Assembly (NCBI RefSeq): GCF_004010195.1 | Contig: NC_057718.1 | Span: forward strand, 55,047,086-55,080,205 | Origin: Chiloscyllium plagiosum | Lineage: Eukaryota | Direction of reading: 5' to 3' | Length of the DNA: 33,120 bases | Shown: piece by piece, positions 22,687 to 33,120 of the stretch | How positions within the stretch are numbered: position 1 is the stretch's first letter | Layout: each line of letters starts with the position of its first letter | The notes under the pieces: model-generated | The model's database searches: none | Seen by the model: only the letters and a program-made list of their open reading frames with translations | What the model was told of the DNA's origin: nothing | Made by a program: the position numbers and the translations under genes

Positions 22687-25600
22687 TTTTTCTAAACTGG
22701 TAAGTCTCAAGTCTCGGCAAATCATTATAGGGGGAGATGGACCCCATAGTAGACAGGTTGCCTAAAGGTCCCTTGATACCCTGTGCACAAACTAAACAGT
22801 TATTGGGTCTGTGTGGGGAATTAGGATTGGTGGACGTCTGGAGGTGTCTCCACCCTACAGGTAGGGATTTCATGTTTTTCTCCAATCCGCATAGATGTCA
22901 CACGAGGATTGATTTTTTTTCTGACCCCTGTGGTAACCCTGGATCTGGTGGCATCCTGTACGATTGGTAATATTGCCATCTCTGATCATGCTCCAGGGTA
23001 CCTCATGGTTAAAATTAAGGATGTTACAGTGGATTCAAGGTACTGGCAAATGGACCCCTTTATTCTCATGTACAGCAAGTTTGTGGAGTATTTCTTTAGG
23101 GAATTTCGGGCATTCCTAGACATCAACATAGGCTCGGTTGATAGCTCATCTGTTCTCTGGAAAACTGCCAAAGCTTATGCCAGAGGGTTAGTTATTTCAT
23201 ATTCCACCAGTAGGAAGCGGCAGAAGGGTGAGCAGCAATGTCTCCTTGAAGCACGGTTGAAGCACAGCAGCCGAGAAGGCCTATTTTGACAGACCCTCAT
23301 TAGTCAAACTACAAAGGATTACGGCACTGCGGTCTACACTAAATTCCGTGTTCACGCAGACGGCAAAGAAGGAGCTGGCTTTTGCAAAGCAAAGATTATA
23401 CGAGCATGGTGACAAGCCAGACAAATATTTAGCATACCTTGCCAGAAAGAGAAGTGCCCCACAAACCATTACAGCGATTAGGGAAGGGTCTGGGAACCTA
23501 ACATGTGATTCTAAAAAGATTAATGTGGCGTTCCAGAGATTCTACTCTAAGTTATATCAGTCTGAGAATTGTGAGGAGGGGCAGGTCAAAATGGAATCCT
23601 TTTTTAGAGATCTGAAGCTCCCGGGTGTAACTCTCGAACAACAGTCCCTTCTCAATGCCCCATTATCAGAGCAAGAAGTGCAGGAAGCTGTGAGGCAGCT
23701 TCAGAGCGGAAAGGCGCCCGGTCCTGATGGACCTCCCAGTGATTTCTATAAGGAATTTATAAGTATACTGTCAGGCCCGATGCTGAATATGTTTAATGAT
23801 TCATACAGTCATGTTTGTCTCCCACTATCTCTGAGAGAGGCCAATATTTCACTTATCCTTAAAAAAGGGAAGGATCCAGAAGACAGTGCTTCATACAGGC
23901 CCATCTCGCTCTTAAATGGGCTCTTGCGTTAAGGCTGGAGACTGTGTTACCCTCTATTATTAAAGAGGATCAGACGGGCGTCTTAAAGGGTCGCAGATCC
24001 TCCAATAACGTTAGGAGGCTGCTTAACTCAGGCATGCCAACAGCAGTCAATACAGGGATTGGTGATTTCTTTAGATGCAGAGAAGGCATTTGACTGAGTT
24101 GAGTGGCCGTACCTTTTATATACTTTAGACCGGTTTGGTCTGGACGAAGTTTTCATAAGATGGATAAAGGTTCTCTACAGTGTACCTCTCGCTGCGGTCA
24201 TTACCAACGGGGTACGATCAAGCAATTTTAATATTTCTAGGGGCAGCTGGCAGGGCTGTCCCCTTTCATCATTACTTTTTACGTTGGTGATTGAACCGTT
24301 GGCAGAGGCCATTCGTGGGGATCTCAAAATATCAGCTCCAGAAGTGGGGTCAAAATTACATAAGATCTCGCTGTATGCAGATGATGTTCTAATTTTCTTG
24401 ACAAATCCAGCAGTCTCAGTGCCTTGCCTGATACAATGCATTCACGCGTTTGGCGCTTTTTCAGGGTATAAGATTAATTTTGCTAAATCAGAGGCTATGC
24501 CTCTGGGTGGTCTTACGAAAGAGTTGGCTCTTGAGAGTGACTATAGATTCCCATTTAGGTGGTCACAGGGAGGCTTTGTGTATTTGGGCACATTCATTAC
24601 TCCAATTCTGGTTTGGCTGTTCAAAGCCAATTTTACTCAATTATTTGAAAAAATTAAACAAGATCTCCAAAGATGGGAGGCACTTCCAGTCTCATGGTTG
24701 GGTCGGATAGCGTTTATTAAGATGAATATTCTCCTTCGTTTGCTAAACCCTATACAGATGCTCCCTCTGATTTTCAATAAACAAATACTCAGGAGACTGA
24801 ACAGTTGGTTCAGCTCCTTTATCTGGCACCGTAAACGGCCCCTCATTAAATTAGCCAAACTGCAGTTGCCTCACAGATTGGGGGGAGTAGACCTTCCGGA
24901 CATTAAAAATTAGCAATTAAGCTTGCTTTTGACCTATGTAAGTGATTGGGTTTGTGGGGACCCTCTTTCAATATGGCTAGGTATCGAAGTCTCCCAGGCA
25001 GGGTGCCCCATTACCAGTTTGTGTTTTTGGACAAAGTGAGGACAGTTAGGGAATATTGCCATAACCCAATAGTCATCAATACTGTTAAAGCATGGAGGGC
25101 ACTTCGGCAGAGGGAAGGTAATATTGGCAAAGCATCGTTGTTTACACCTTTACTGGGTATGCTGAGTTTTCAACCAGGTATGATAGATTCAGGATTTAAA
25201 CGTTGGGCATCTAGGGGTATATCTTGCACGGGTGATTTATTTGAGGGAGATGTAATGATGTCCTTCGATCAGTTAGTACGGAAGTACGAGTTACCTAATA
25301 GAGACCTCTTTTGTTTTTTTCAAGTTAGGGATTTTATTAAAAAAAAGACCACACTTTTGACCGACATAAAAAGAGGGGTACTAAGGGCTAAGAGTACACT
25401 CTCTGTCAGTACTCTATATCACCAATTGGGGGGTGCCACCTCAGATGAGTCTGATCGACTCTGCAAGATGTGAAAAAGAGAGCTGGGTGTTGAAGTTTCT
25501 TCAGAAGCATGGGAGAATGCAAGGAAGATATCAATTTGCAATAGGACCCATGCTTTACAGTTGAAGATTCTCCACAGGGTCCACTTAGCCCCAGACCGTT

Positions 25601-26042
25601 TGTCAAAATTTAAGCCAGGGGTATCTTCAGCATTTCCCAAGTGCAAGGTCTGTACGGGTACTCTTACCCATTGTCTTTGGTCTTGTGACAGGCTTCAAAC
25701 ATATTGGAGAGCTGTAGTGGGTGCAATGGAGAGGATTTTAGGTGTAGGTGTGAAGAAGGACCCTATTTTGCTCCTTTTGTGCCTACCCTTGCAATTCCTG
25801 CACACTCGCATAAGGAAAAACTTTTCAATATTCTTGCATTCTGTGCAAGGAAGAATATCTTGTTAGGTTGGATATCAGAAACCTTCCCAGGCCTGTCAGG
25901 TTGGCGGAAGATTGTTATGGAGCATATTCCCCTGGATTTTCTCACAAATATGGTACACCACAAAACTGAGAATTTTTACAAGACATGGCAACCCAACCTG
26001 GACACAGATTTATCTGCCACACTAACAAGGGCTTTTATATAG
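22687..26042 (+). pseudogene. L1 ORF2p (APE endonuclease, RT, Cys-rich end), frameshifted; start hidden in gap
   Basis: IIIGGD, LVDVWR, TRIDF, ISDHAP, GKAPGPDG, SYRPISLLN, QGCPLS, LYADDV, and (F)PKC…HCLWSC, spread over several frames. Confidence 0.93.
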
Positions 26043-26326
26043 CCGTAACAATTGTGTTTCATGAGTCCAATATCCAGGGAGGAGGAACTGTGAATGTATG
26101 AGTGTTTTGTTTGGCTGGGCTGAGTTATTCTATTTATTTGTTTGTTGTTAGGTATTTATTTAGTTAGTTAAATAGTTAGTTTAGTTTTTTTTTAAATTTT
26201 ATATTTCTCTATATATGTTTATACATTCGTATAGGAGGGTGGGTTGGGGAATTGTTTTTTATTATTTGCGTTTAGTTTTGTACTATTTTTGTACTGTTTT
26301 GAATTGCATAGTTTTGTATTTGTTGT

Positions 26327-26418
26327 AATATTTAAAAATCTATTTTTTCTTAATAAAAATATATTATAAAAAAATATTTAAAAATCTATTTTTTCTTAAT
26401 AAAAATATATTATAAAAA
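26327..26418 (+). repeat. Perfect 46-bp tandem duplication of the L1 3' end
   Basis: aatatttaaaaatctattttttcttaataaaaatatattataaaaa occurs twice, each copy with AATAAA. Confidence 0.92.
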
Positions 26419-27004
26419 AATGCTCAGAGACCAAGTACAGACATGATGGATCAAATGGTTCCCTTCTGTGGTTCAATGATTCTACACAAATGTAAATTAT
26501 TTGCTGTCATTTTAAGAATCAGTTTACATTTCAGAAATGACGTGATATTATTCTAAGGATTAGCCACAGAGCTAGCAACTACTGGCTATCCAGTATGAAC
26601 TGAATGTGTAATTCTGGACTGAAAGTATCATAGAAACTATAGGCTTACGCCAGTGTTAGGTGTGTAACTGGAATTATCCACTCTAGTTTTATTTTCTTGC
26701 CCTTTTCACATATCCTCTTCTCGGACATGGCTTCCAGCTGGTGAATAGTAACACCATTTACTTGAATTAATTCTCCAACATTTTTTCTAATGCAGTATTT
26801 GTAAGTGTTTGTATTTGTAAAACATCCCTTGCCTAATTAAGATAGTTCTTTGGAAAGCTGAACAATTGCATTGCTTATGGGCTGACTCCCCATTACAATG
26901 ATCAACCATAAATTGCACACACTACAAAAGTAATCGGTACCTGTAATGTTAATTTTTAATTTTCAAAAAATTTCTAAAGATTTGCATGACCTCTAAAAAC
27001 TGCA

Positions 27005-27447
27005 TGAATCCATGTAAGATTCTGTAAATCCATTTTTTAGATTAGAATCAGTCTGACCATTGTGGCACAGAATTTCTCACAGGGTAGCTCACACCTTAAA
27101 TGCACTATCTGGGCTGACATGACACCAATTGTTAAAGTTCACTTAAGAATGTAACTTTTAAATGTTCTGCGATTTACATATGAAAGAACTGAAACCAACA
27201 TGCTCATTCTAAAAGATGAGAGGCTTAACAAACAATCCAGCTCTTTTTCAATATATAATTTCAGTTACATCACGCTAAACTTTTGCTATAAATTCTGTGT
27301 CTTACAATCTTATACTCCACAACCACCTGATGAAGGAGCAGTGCTCTGAAAGCTAGTGCTTCCAAATAAACCTGTTGGACTATAAGCTGGTGTTGTGTGA
27401 TTTTTAACTTTGTCCACCCCAGTCCAACACCGGCATCTCCAAATCAT
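27005..27447 (+). mobile_element. Non-coding Penelope-type element end carrying a hammerhead (family 2)
   Basis: The last ~123 bp match 7148-7272. Flanked by an imperfect direct repeat ctctaaaaactgca (26991-27004) / ctctaaaaaatgta (27448-27461). Confidence 0.72.
27324..27358 (+). ncRNA. Minimal type I hammerhead ribozyme motif, best-preserved copy
   Basis: CAC-CTGATGA-a-GGAGC-agt-GCTCT-GAAA-GCTA-GTG: stem I CAC/GTG, 5-bp stem II with one G-U pair, palindromic AGCT stem III, predicted cleavage after CUA (27355). Confidence 0.78.
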
Positions 27448-27814
27448 CTCTAAAAAATGTACTGATTATTTACAGATGTCTTGACTGGCAGGATTTTAGA
27501 ATAAATTTCAATAAATTCACATAATTTTAAGACTAGGACAGCAATGGCAGAAAGTTCATACTCCATGGACAAGGCTGTAATTATATCTAAGAACAGAACT
27601 GTCAATTGATTTCACCATGCAATGTAATCTAGGCAGATAGTCAGTCATGGTAGTAACTGTACTGAAATAAACAAAAGGAAATCTCAGGGAAATTCTGGAA
27701 CAAGCAAAATGACAAGCACCAAAAAAAAATCTGATAAGATCGCTGTTGAAGTCTTTTAAAATATGCAAACTTTGTTTCCTTTAAGTGGCCTTGTTAAAAT
27801 ATAGAAATATTCTC

Positions 27815-27875
27815 CAAGGTAAGTAGAGATAGGCAATAAATGCAGGCCTTGCCAGTGATATGCATATCCTACAAA
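27815..27875 (+). mobile_element. Isolated family B 3' tail
   Basis: tagagataggcaataaatgcaggccttgccagtgat, matching the tails at 11195-11240 and 4980-5015. Confidence 0.6.
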
Positions 27876-28285
27876 TTAAGTTTTAAATTACAAGTAATAT
27901 AGAAGTTATTTTTGTACATTTTGATCTCTAATATTCTCTGTTCTTCACTGGAAGCCACTAAATCCTGCTTGAAGTGATGCACAAAAACTCTAAGGTACTT
28001 TGTCATAAAAGACATTCTCCATGGCATGACTTACACAAGGAATGTTTACAGGCTATTGGCAGTAGAGGAAATTATAGCTAATCCCAACCTTTGCAGCATC
28101 GAGGAACTAATAATATGCACCTTCCAGAAGGCGTCACTGGACAGGGAACCACAATCTCTTTTGCCAGCCAAAGATCAGAATTGCAATGTTGCTGTTTAAG
28201 TGGTAGATTTTATTTGAATGGTCACAGAAGCCACCCAAATAGTACAGTGTGCAACGAATGGTCATCCAAATTTGGCTTTTCCATT

Positions 28286-29105
28286 GGGCAGAATCTTACA
28301 GATTTTTGGCTGTCCAAGTGAACACTATGTTGTGTGGAATGATTCCTGCCATGAAAACAAGCAAGCTTTCTCACCATAACTTACCAAACATCGCACATTA
28401 ATTGTTGTTTGAGCCTTTGCAGCAAGAATCATGTCTAATCTTTGCCCCCATCTTAGTACACATTGTTCCCAGAACATCTCATCAGTCATTGAATATCCTA
28501 AAATTCACTGCGCCCATGCCATCTTTAAAAAGCCATTATGTTATCAGATGAGCACTGTCGGTCAGAGTCACCCTGTACAGTTCCTGACATTTGCCCAGAC
28601 AGGAGAGAATATGGAAAATTGAGTCCTGGAGGTCCTACTAGATGGGATGGTGCATAGGTGGCATGTCCTCTTCCCCAAGATGAGCGATGGAGGCCATGAC
28701 AAAGATTGACACCCGGGTTAAAACATTCTCAGCTATTTGGATACCTGACACTCATTTAATTATTGCTACTGTATCTACCTTCCACCAAGGGTTATGCTCT
28801 ACCAACTCTCATCATTGCCGACAACATTCTGCCAACTTGCCCTTATCTATCATCAACCCTGCAATACTCTATGCTGCCTACTCATTTATTCAGGAAACCT
28901 CCCACCTGCTGTGTTACCACTTTTGGTTTTATGTAATATCTGTGCCTCTGTCTCTCATTTCATAAGGAAAACAGCCCACAATAGGGCAGAAATACACCAG
29001 TGGGTGGTGTGCTATCCATCATTCATCTCCTTAGCTCTTATAAGAAAAGGATCCTGATTTGGACTACACCGCACAGACCCTGGATTGCGAGGTTGTCCTT
29101 GATTT
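28286..29105 (+). mobile_element. Probable decayed PIF/Harbinger element with a two-exon Myb/SANT-like gene remnant
   Basis: Possible terminus gggcagaatcttac (28286). Peptide VLEVLLDGMVHRWHVLFP (~28622-28677) and downstream KTAHNRAE…IIHLLSSYKKRIL (~28968-29056) resemble Harbinger Myb-like proteins. The right end is not defined. Confidence 0.5.
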
Positions 29106-29825
29106 ACTATGCTGGGATCCCGTAAGCAAGGGCTATCCCTCTTGAAGACCGAGGTCTGTTGACAATCATGACATGTTTCCTCCCATTTCATCTATGTTAA
29201 ATGGCATGGAAAGACAGTAATAATACTGACCTGGATTGCCTGGCTGAAGGGTCAAAATGCAAAAAGGCAAGGAGATGTAACATAAGGATGTTGTGACCAT
29301 CCAGGTCGGATCAGAGTGAGTGAGCACTATGACAGCAAGCGCAGAGCCTATAGATATGGCTGATACAGTCCAGGAGCTGGATGTGTTCCCTTGAGCACAC
29401 AGTGTCCTTGCAGTGGCATTAAAATGAATTGCAGGTGCAGTTCAAGGTGCAGCACTGAAGTTCAGAAACATCCTGAAAGTTATTTGGAAATTATCCTTGC
29501 AGATTCTTGGAGGCTGGCATATGTTGGATGCCAAATTCCATTGTTTTAGATTCAGTGCCTTTGGACTGGGTCTTGAGATGTTGCCCTTGGTGTCCAACAT
29601 GGCGGTCATTTGGAGCAAGCGGCACTTGAACCTGCCAAGAACTCACTCTAGTTTTCATGCTTACTTTTTGCTGATGGACAGTTTGTGAGGTGAGTTTAGT
29701 AAAATCACCACCAGTGGCAAGCTAGAGAGTTAACAAAACATTTAACAAGTGATAATGATTGTTGGTTGAGAACTTATTCCTGCCTAGTTAAAATCTCACT
29801 TGAGGAAAGTGCATAAAATGAGATG

Positions 29826-29899
29826 GAAGGCCTGGTTCAAATCCCACCTGCATTTGAGGTATTAATAAGACATTGAATAAGTTGATTAAAAATATCTAC
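29826..29899 (+). mobile_element. Truncated short tRNA-derived SINE
   Basis: ggcctggttcaaatcccacctgc…tgaataagttgattaaaaata, homologous to 2014-2082. Confidence 0.55.
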
Positions 29900-30744
29900 A
29901 AGATTATTCGACATTAAGTTGGGCTTGCGGAACTTCTCTCTCCCAATTCAGCCACACATCTCTCCGTAATCCATGTTACTCAAAGCCTGGTTGGATTATC
30001 CCTACTGAGTCCAAAAATTGGGATTGACCCAGTATGAAAAACAGCTCACAACAGAATTTTGAGGTTGGACTCCAAGATCTCTCAAAACCACGACTGAATA
30101 ATATTTGAATGTAGTAATGACTGAAGGTAAGTGTGATTTCTACAACATTAACGGGGAGACAGGTTGCAACATACTGAACTGACTTGTTGGTGATGTGAAG
30201 GTTGTGGTCAGAATTATGCACTTTTGTCCAATATTTAACTTGATATGAGTTTCCTTAATTTTGTTATTTTACATAAGTACTTAAAAGTCATCTTCACTCA
30301 CAGGAGAATAATCCAATTCACTTTTGAATTTAATATATGGTTATTTAATTCTATTTGGTCTTGATCTGAAGTTAATCGTCTTTTTTTCTTGAAAGGCTGT
30401 CTGGGGTCTTTGAAGAGAGTCAGAGGTCAAATGGCTTCCATTTATAGTGAGCAAAAGAGCTAGTAGATTAGAAGAATGACATATCATAAATCGGCAAAAC
30501 AGTTTCTAATAAAAGCAGTTTGCCTAACTGAATTACTGCATGGTAAATATTGTTCGCAACTGTAAACTAAGGCAAGGTCTATCGTAGTGTTATTCTATTA
30601 TTTATGAATGCAAGGACCATCCCTTGGAGATATGAGTTAGAAGCAGTAGTTATCAATCTTAATAGGAGTTATTTTGTTTTGACTTGAGCACACTATTGAT
30701 TTTACATACTCTGGAAAGTGGCTAATTAATATTGAGATTGTTAT

Positions 30745-31755
30745 GGATCAAGGGTATGGTGCTGGAAAAGCACAGCAGGTCAGGCAGCATCTGAGGAGCA
30801 GGAGAATCGACATTTCGGGAGTAAGCCCTTCATCAGGAATAGGACTTGTGGGCCAGGGGCTGAGAGATAAATGGGAGGGAGGTGGTGCTGGAGGGAAGGT
30901 AGCTGGGAATGTGATAGGTAGATGAAAGTGCGGATGGAAGTGATAGGTCAGATGGGTGGGAAGAAAGGAAGATGTACAGGTTGGATTGGTCAAGGGGGTG
31001 GTGCCGAGTTGGAGGCTTGGGACTGGGATAAGGTTGGGGGAAGGTAAATGAGGAAACTGGGGAAATCCACGTTGATCCCATGTGGTTGCAGGCTCCCAAG
31101 GCGGAAGATGAATCATTCTTCCCCCAGACTTCAGGTAGTATGGGTTTGGTGATGGAGGAGGCCCAGGACTTGCATGCCCTTGGTGAAGGAGGGGGAGTTA
31201 AAGTGTTCAGCCAAGGGGCAGTGGGGTTGGTTGGTGCAGGTGTCCCAGACATGTTCTCTGAAATGATCTGCAAGTTGGTCTCCTGTTTTCACGATGTAGA
31301 GGAGACCACGTCAGGTGCAACCAATATAGTCATGGTAGCTGAGGAAAAGGTGGGGAATGGTGCTGATGTAGCTGCGGAAGATGGATTGTTCCATGTATCC
31401 GATAAAGAAGCACGCATAGCTGGGGCGCATGTGGATGCCCATGGCTACCTCTTTGGTTTGGAGGATTGGAAGGAGAAGTTGTGGAAGGTGAGGACCAGAT
31501 CAACCAGGTGAATGAGAGTGTCAGTGGAAGGGTACTGGTTGTGTTGGGAAAAGAGGAAGAAACAGAGGGCTTGGAGGCAAGGACTGGATACCTATGGTGA
31601 AGATAAGATGTTAGGGGTCAGGGAAATGAAAGTCTTGGAGGAGGTAAAGGGCGTGGGTGGTATCCTGAACATAGATGGGGAGTTCCAGGACTAAGGGGGA
31701 CAGGATGGTGTCAAGGTATGCAGAGATGAGTTTGGTGGGACAGGAGCAGGCTGAG
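30745..31755 (-). mobile_element. Penelope-like element, internally deleted (RT pieces, GIY-YIG end, hammerhead terminus)
   Basis: Homologous to 2129-2655. 31440-31755 is the reverse complement of the RT region at 32739-33120. Hammerhead motif CTGATGA-aggg-cttact-ccc-GAAA-TGTC at 30807-30838. Confidence 0.88.
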
Positions 31756-33120
31756 GTCTGCATCACACATGACATCACTTCCGCCCCTCACATCATCGCT
31801 GATGTCACATGCTCAGTGACTTCCGCCACCCCTACTGTCGTATCTGCCACCACTTCCGCCCCCACCAACGCCACTCACCTGCATTCTGCTGACACGCCCC
31901 CCACAGATCCCACTGTCACCATTCCCAGCCCCCAGAACCCTGAGGGGAACACTACCCCTGCTCATGACTCCACCCCCATTCACCCCACCATCACACCCAC
32001 TCCAGTTACTGGCTCCGCCCCCACTCCCAGCTCCACACCCACACCAGATCCCAGCTCCCAGCCCTGCCGAGTTTTCACCATCCCTCCAGACCTTCTCCTC
32101 ACTGAGGACGAACGATCAGTCCTCAGCAAAGAACTCACCTTCATCCCCGTCCGTCCACGCATCAATGAATTTAATACACGCCGTGACGTCGAACACTTCT
32201 TCCACCACCTCCGCCTCCGAGCTTACTTTCATAATCAAGGCTCCCACCCACCTTCCGAGGACCCCTTCGCCCACCTCCAACACACTGCATCCACCTGGAC
32301 ACCCCATGCTGGCCTATTACCTGCCCTCGACCTCTTCATTTCCAACTGCCGTCGGGACATTAACCGCCTCAACCTGCCTACCCCCCTCCCCCACTCCAAC
32401 CTCTCACCCTCACAACACGCAGCCCTCCAATCCCTCTGCTCCAATCCCAACCTCACCCTCAAGCCAGCAGATAAAGGGGGCGCAGTGGTAGTCTGGTGCA
32501 CTGACCTCTACACCGCTGAAGCCAAACGCCAACTCGAGGACACCTCTTCCTACCGCCCCCTTAACCATGACCCCACCCCATCACCAAACCATCATCTCCC
32601 AGACCATACAGAATCTCATCACGTCAGGAGATCTCCCACTCACAGCTTCCAACCTCATAGTCCAGGAACCCCGCACTGCCCGGTTCTACCTCCTTCCCAA
32701 GATCCACAAGCCTGACCACCCTGGCCGACCCATTGTTTCAGCATGCTCCAGCCCCACTGAACTCATCTCTACCTACCTCGACACTGTCCTATCCCCCCTA
32801 GTCCAGGAACTCCCCACATATGTTCGAGACACCACCCACGCCCTCCACCTCCTCTAAGACTTCCGTTTCCCCGGCCCCCAACGCCTCATCTTCACCATGG
32901 ATATCCAATCCCTCTACACCTCTATCCGCCATGACCAGGGCCTCCAAGCCATCCGTTTTTTCCTCTTCCAACGTCCCCAACAGTACCCTTCCACCGACAC
33001 TCTCATTCGTTTGGCTGAACTGGTCCTCACCCTTAACAACTTCTCCTTCGAATCCTCCCACTTCCTCCAGACCAAAGGGTAGCCATGGGCACATGTATGG
33101 GCCCCAGCTATGCCTGTCTC
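31756..33120 (+). mobile_element. Penelope-like element ORF (N-terminal region and RT), lightly disrupted, runs off the window
   Basis: [63 protein letters not shown]…QTKG-AMG. Frameshift at ~32575, stop at 32855-32857, further frameshift near 33080. Confidence 0.93.

Larger units (their letters stand above)
20961..26416 (+). mobile_element. Full-length L1-clade non-LTR retrotransposon
   Basis: Perfect 16-bp TSD aaaatgctcagagacc (20945-20960, 26417-26432) at a TT|AAAA L1 endonuclease site. Has a 5' GGGG start, ORF1, ORF2, a T-rich 3' UTR, AATAAA and an A-rich tail. Confidence 0.96.

Noticed and set aside
22274..22885. ORFs spanning the N run
   Set aside because: Artefacts of translating through the gap.
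31675..32715. 346-aa ORF as a host gene (mucin-like)
   Set aside because: It is a chimera across the junction of two PLE copies at 31755/31756, and its C-terminus is an out-of-frame read of the PLE RT.
1..33120. CRISPR array, operon or other prokaryotic system
   Set aside because: No repeat-spacer arrays or dense gene packing; all long ORFs derive from vertebrate retrotransposons.

Overview
This is eukaryotic, transposon-saturated intronic or intergenic DNA. The repeat repertoire (HE1/V-SINE, Deu-domain SINE, CR1-type LINEs, Penelope-like elements) points to a cartilaginous fish, most likely a shark (inference from recalled repeat families). No host gene could be identified with confidence. 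The window holds one full-length L1-clade retrotransposon (20961-26416) with an intact ORF1, a broken ORF2, a 16-bp TSD and an assembly gap. It also holds two near-full-length decayed CR1 LINEs plus many 3' fragments, fragments of a second CR1/L2-group LINE family, four Penelope-like (RT + GIY-YIG) fragments, a Tigger-like MITE, probable Harbinger Myb/SANT remnants and several SINEs, often nested. The most notable signal is six minimal hammerhead-ribozyme-like motifs in two sequence families. Two of them sit in stand-alone ~125-bp insertions. Two Penelope-family insertions carry 19-bp target-site duplications. Hammerheads in Penelope-like elements are a known phenomenon; the mini-element architecture and TSD length seen here merit checking. 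Boundaries of decayed repeats are approximate, and family names come from recall rather than a database search.
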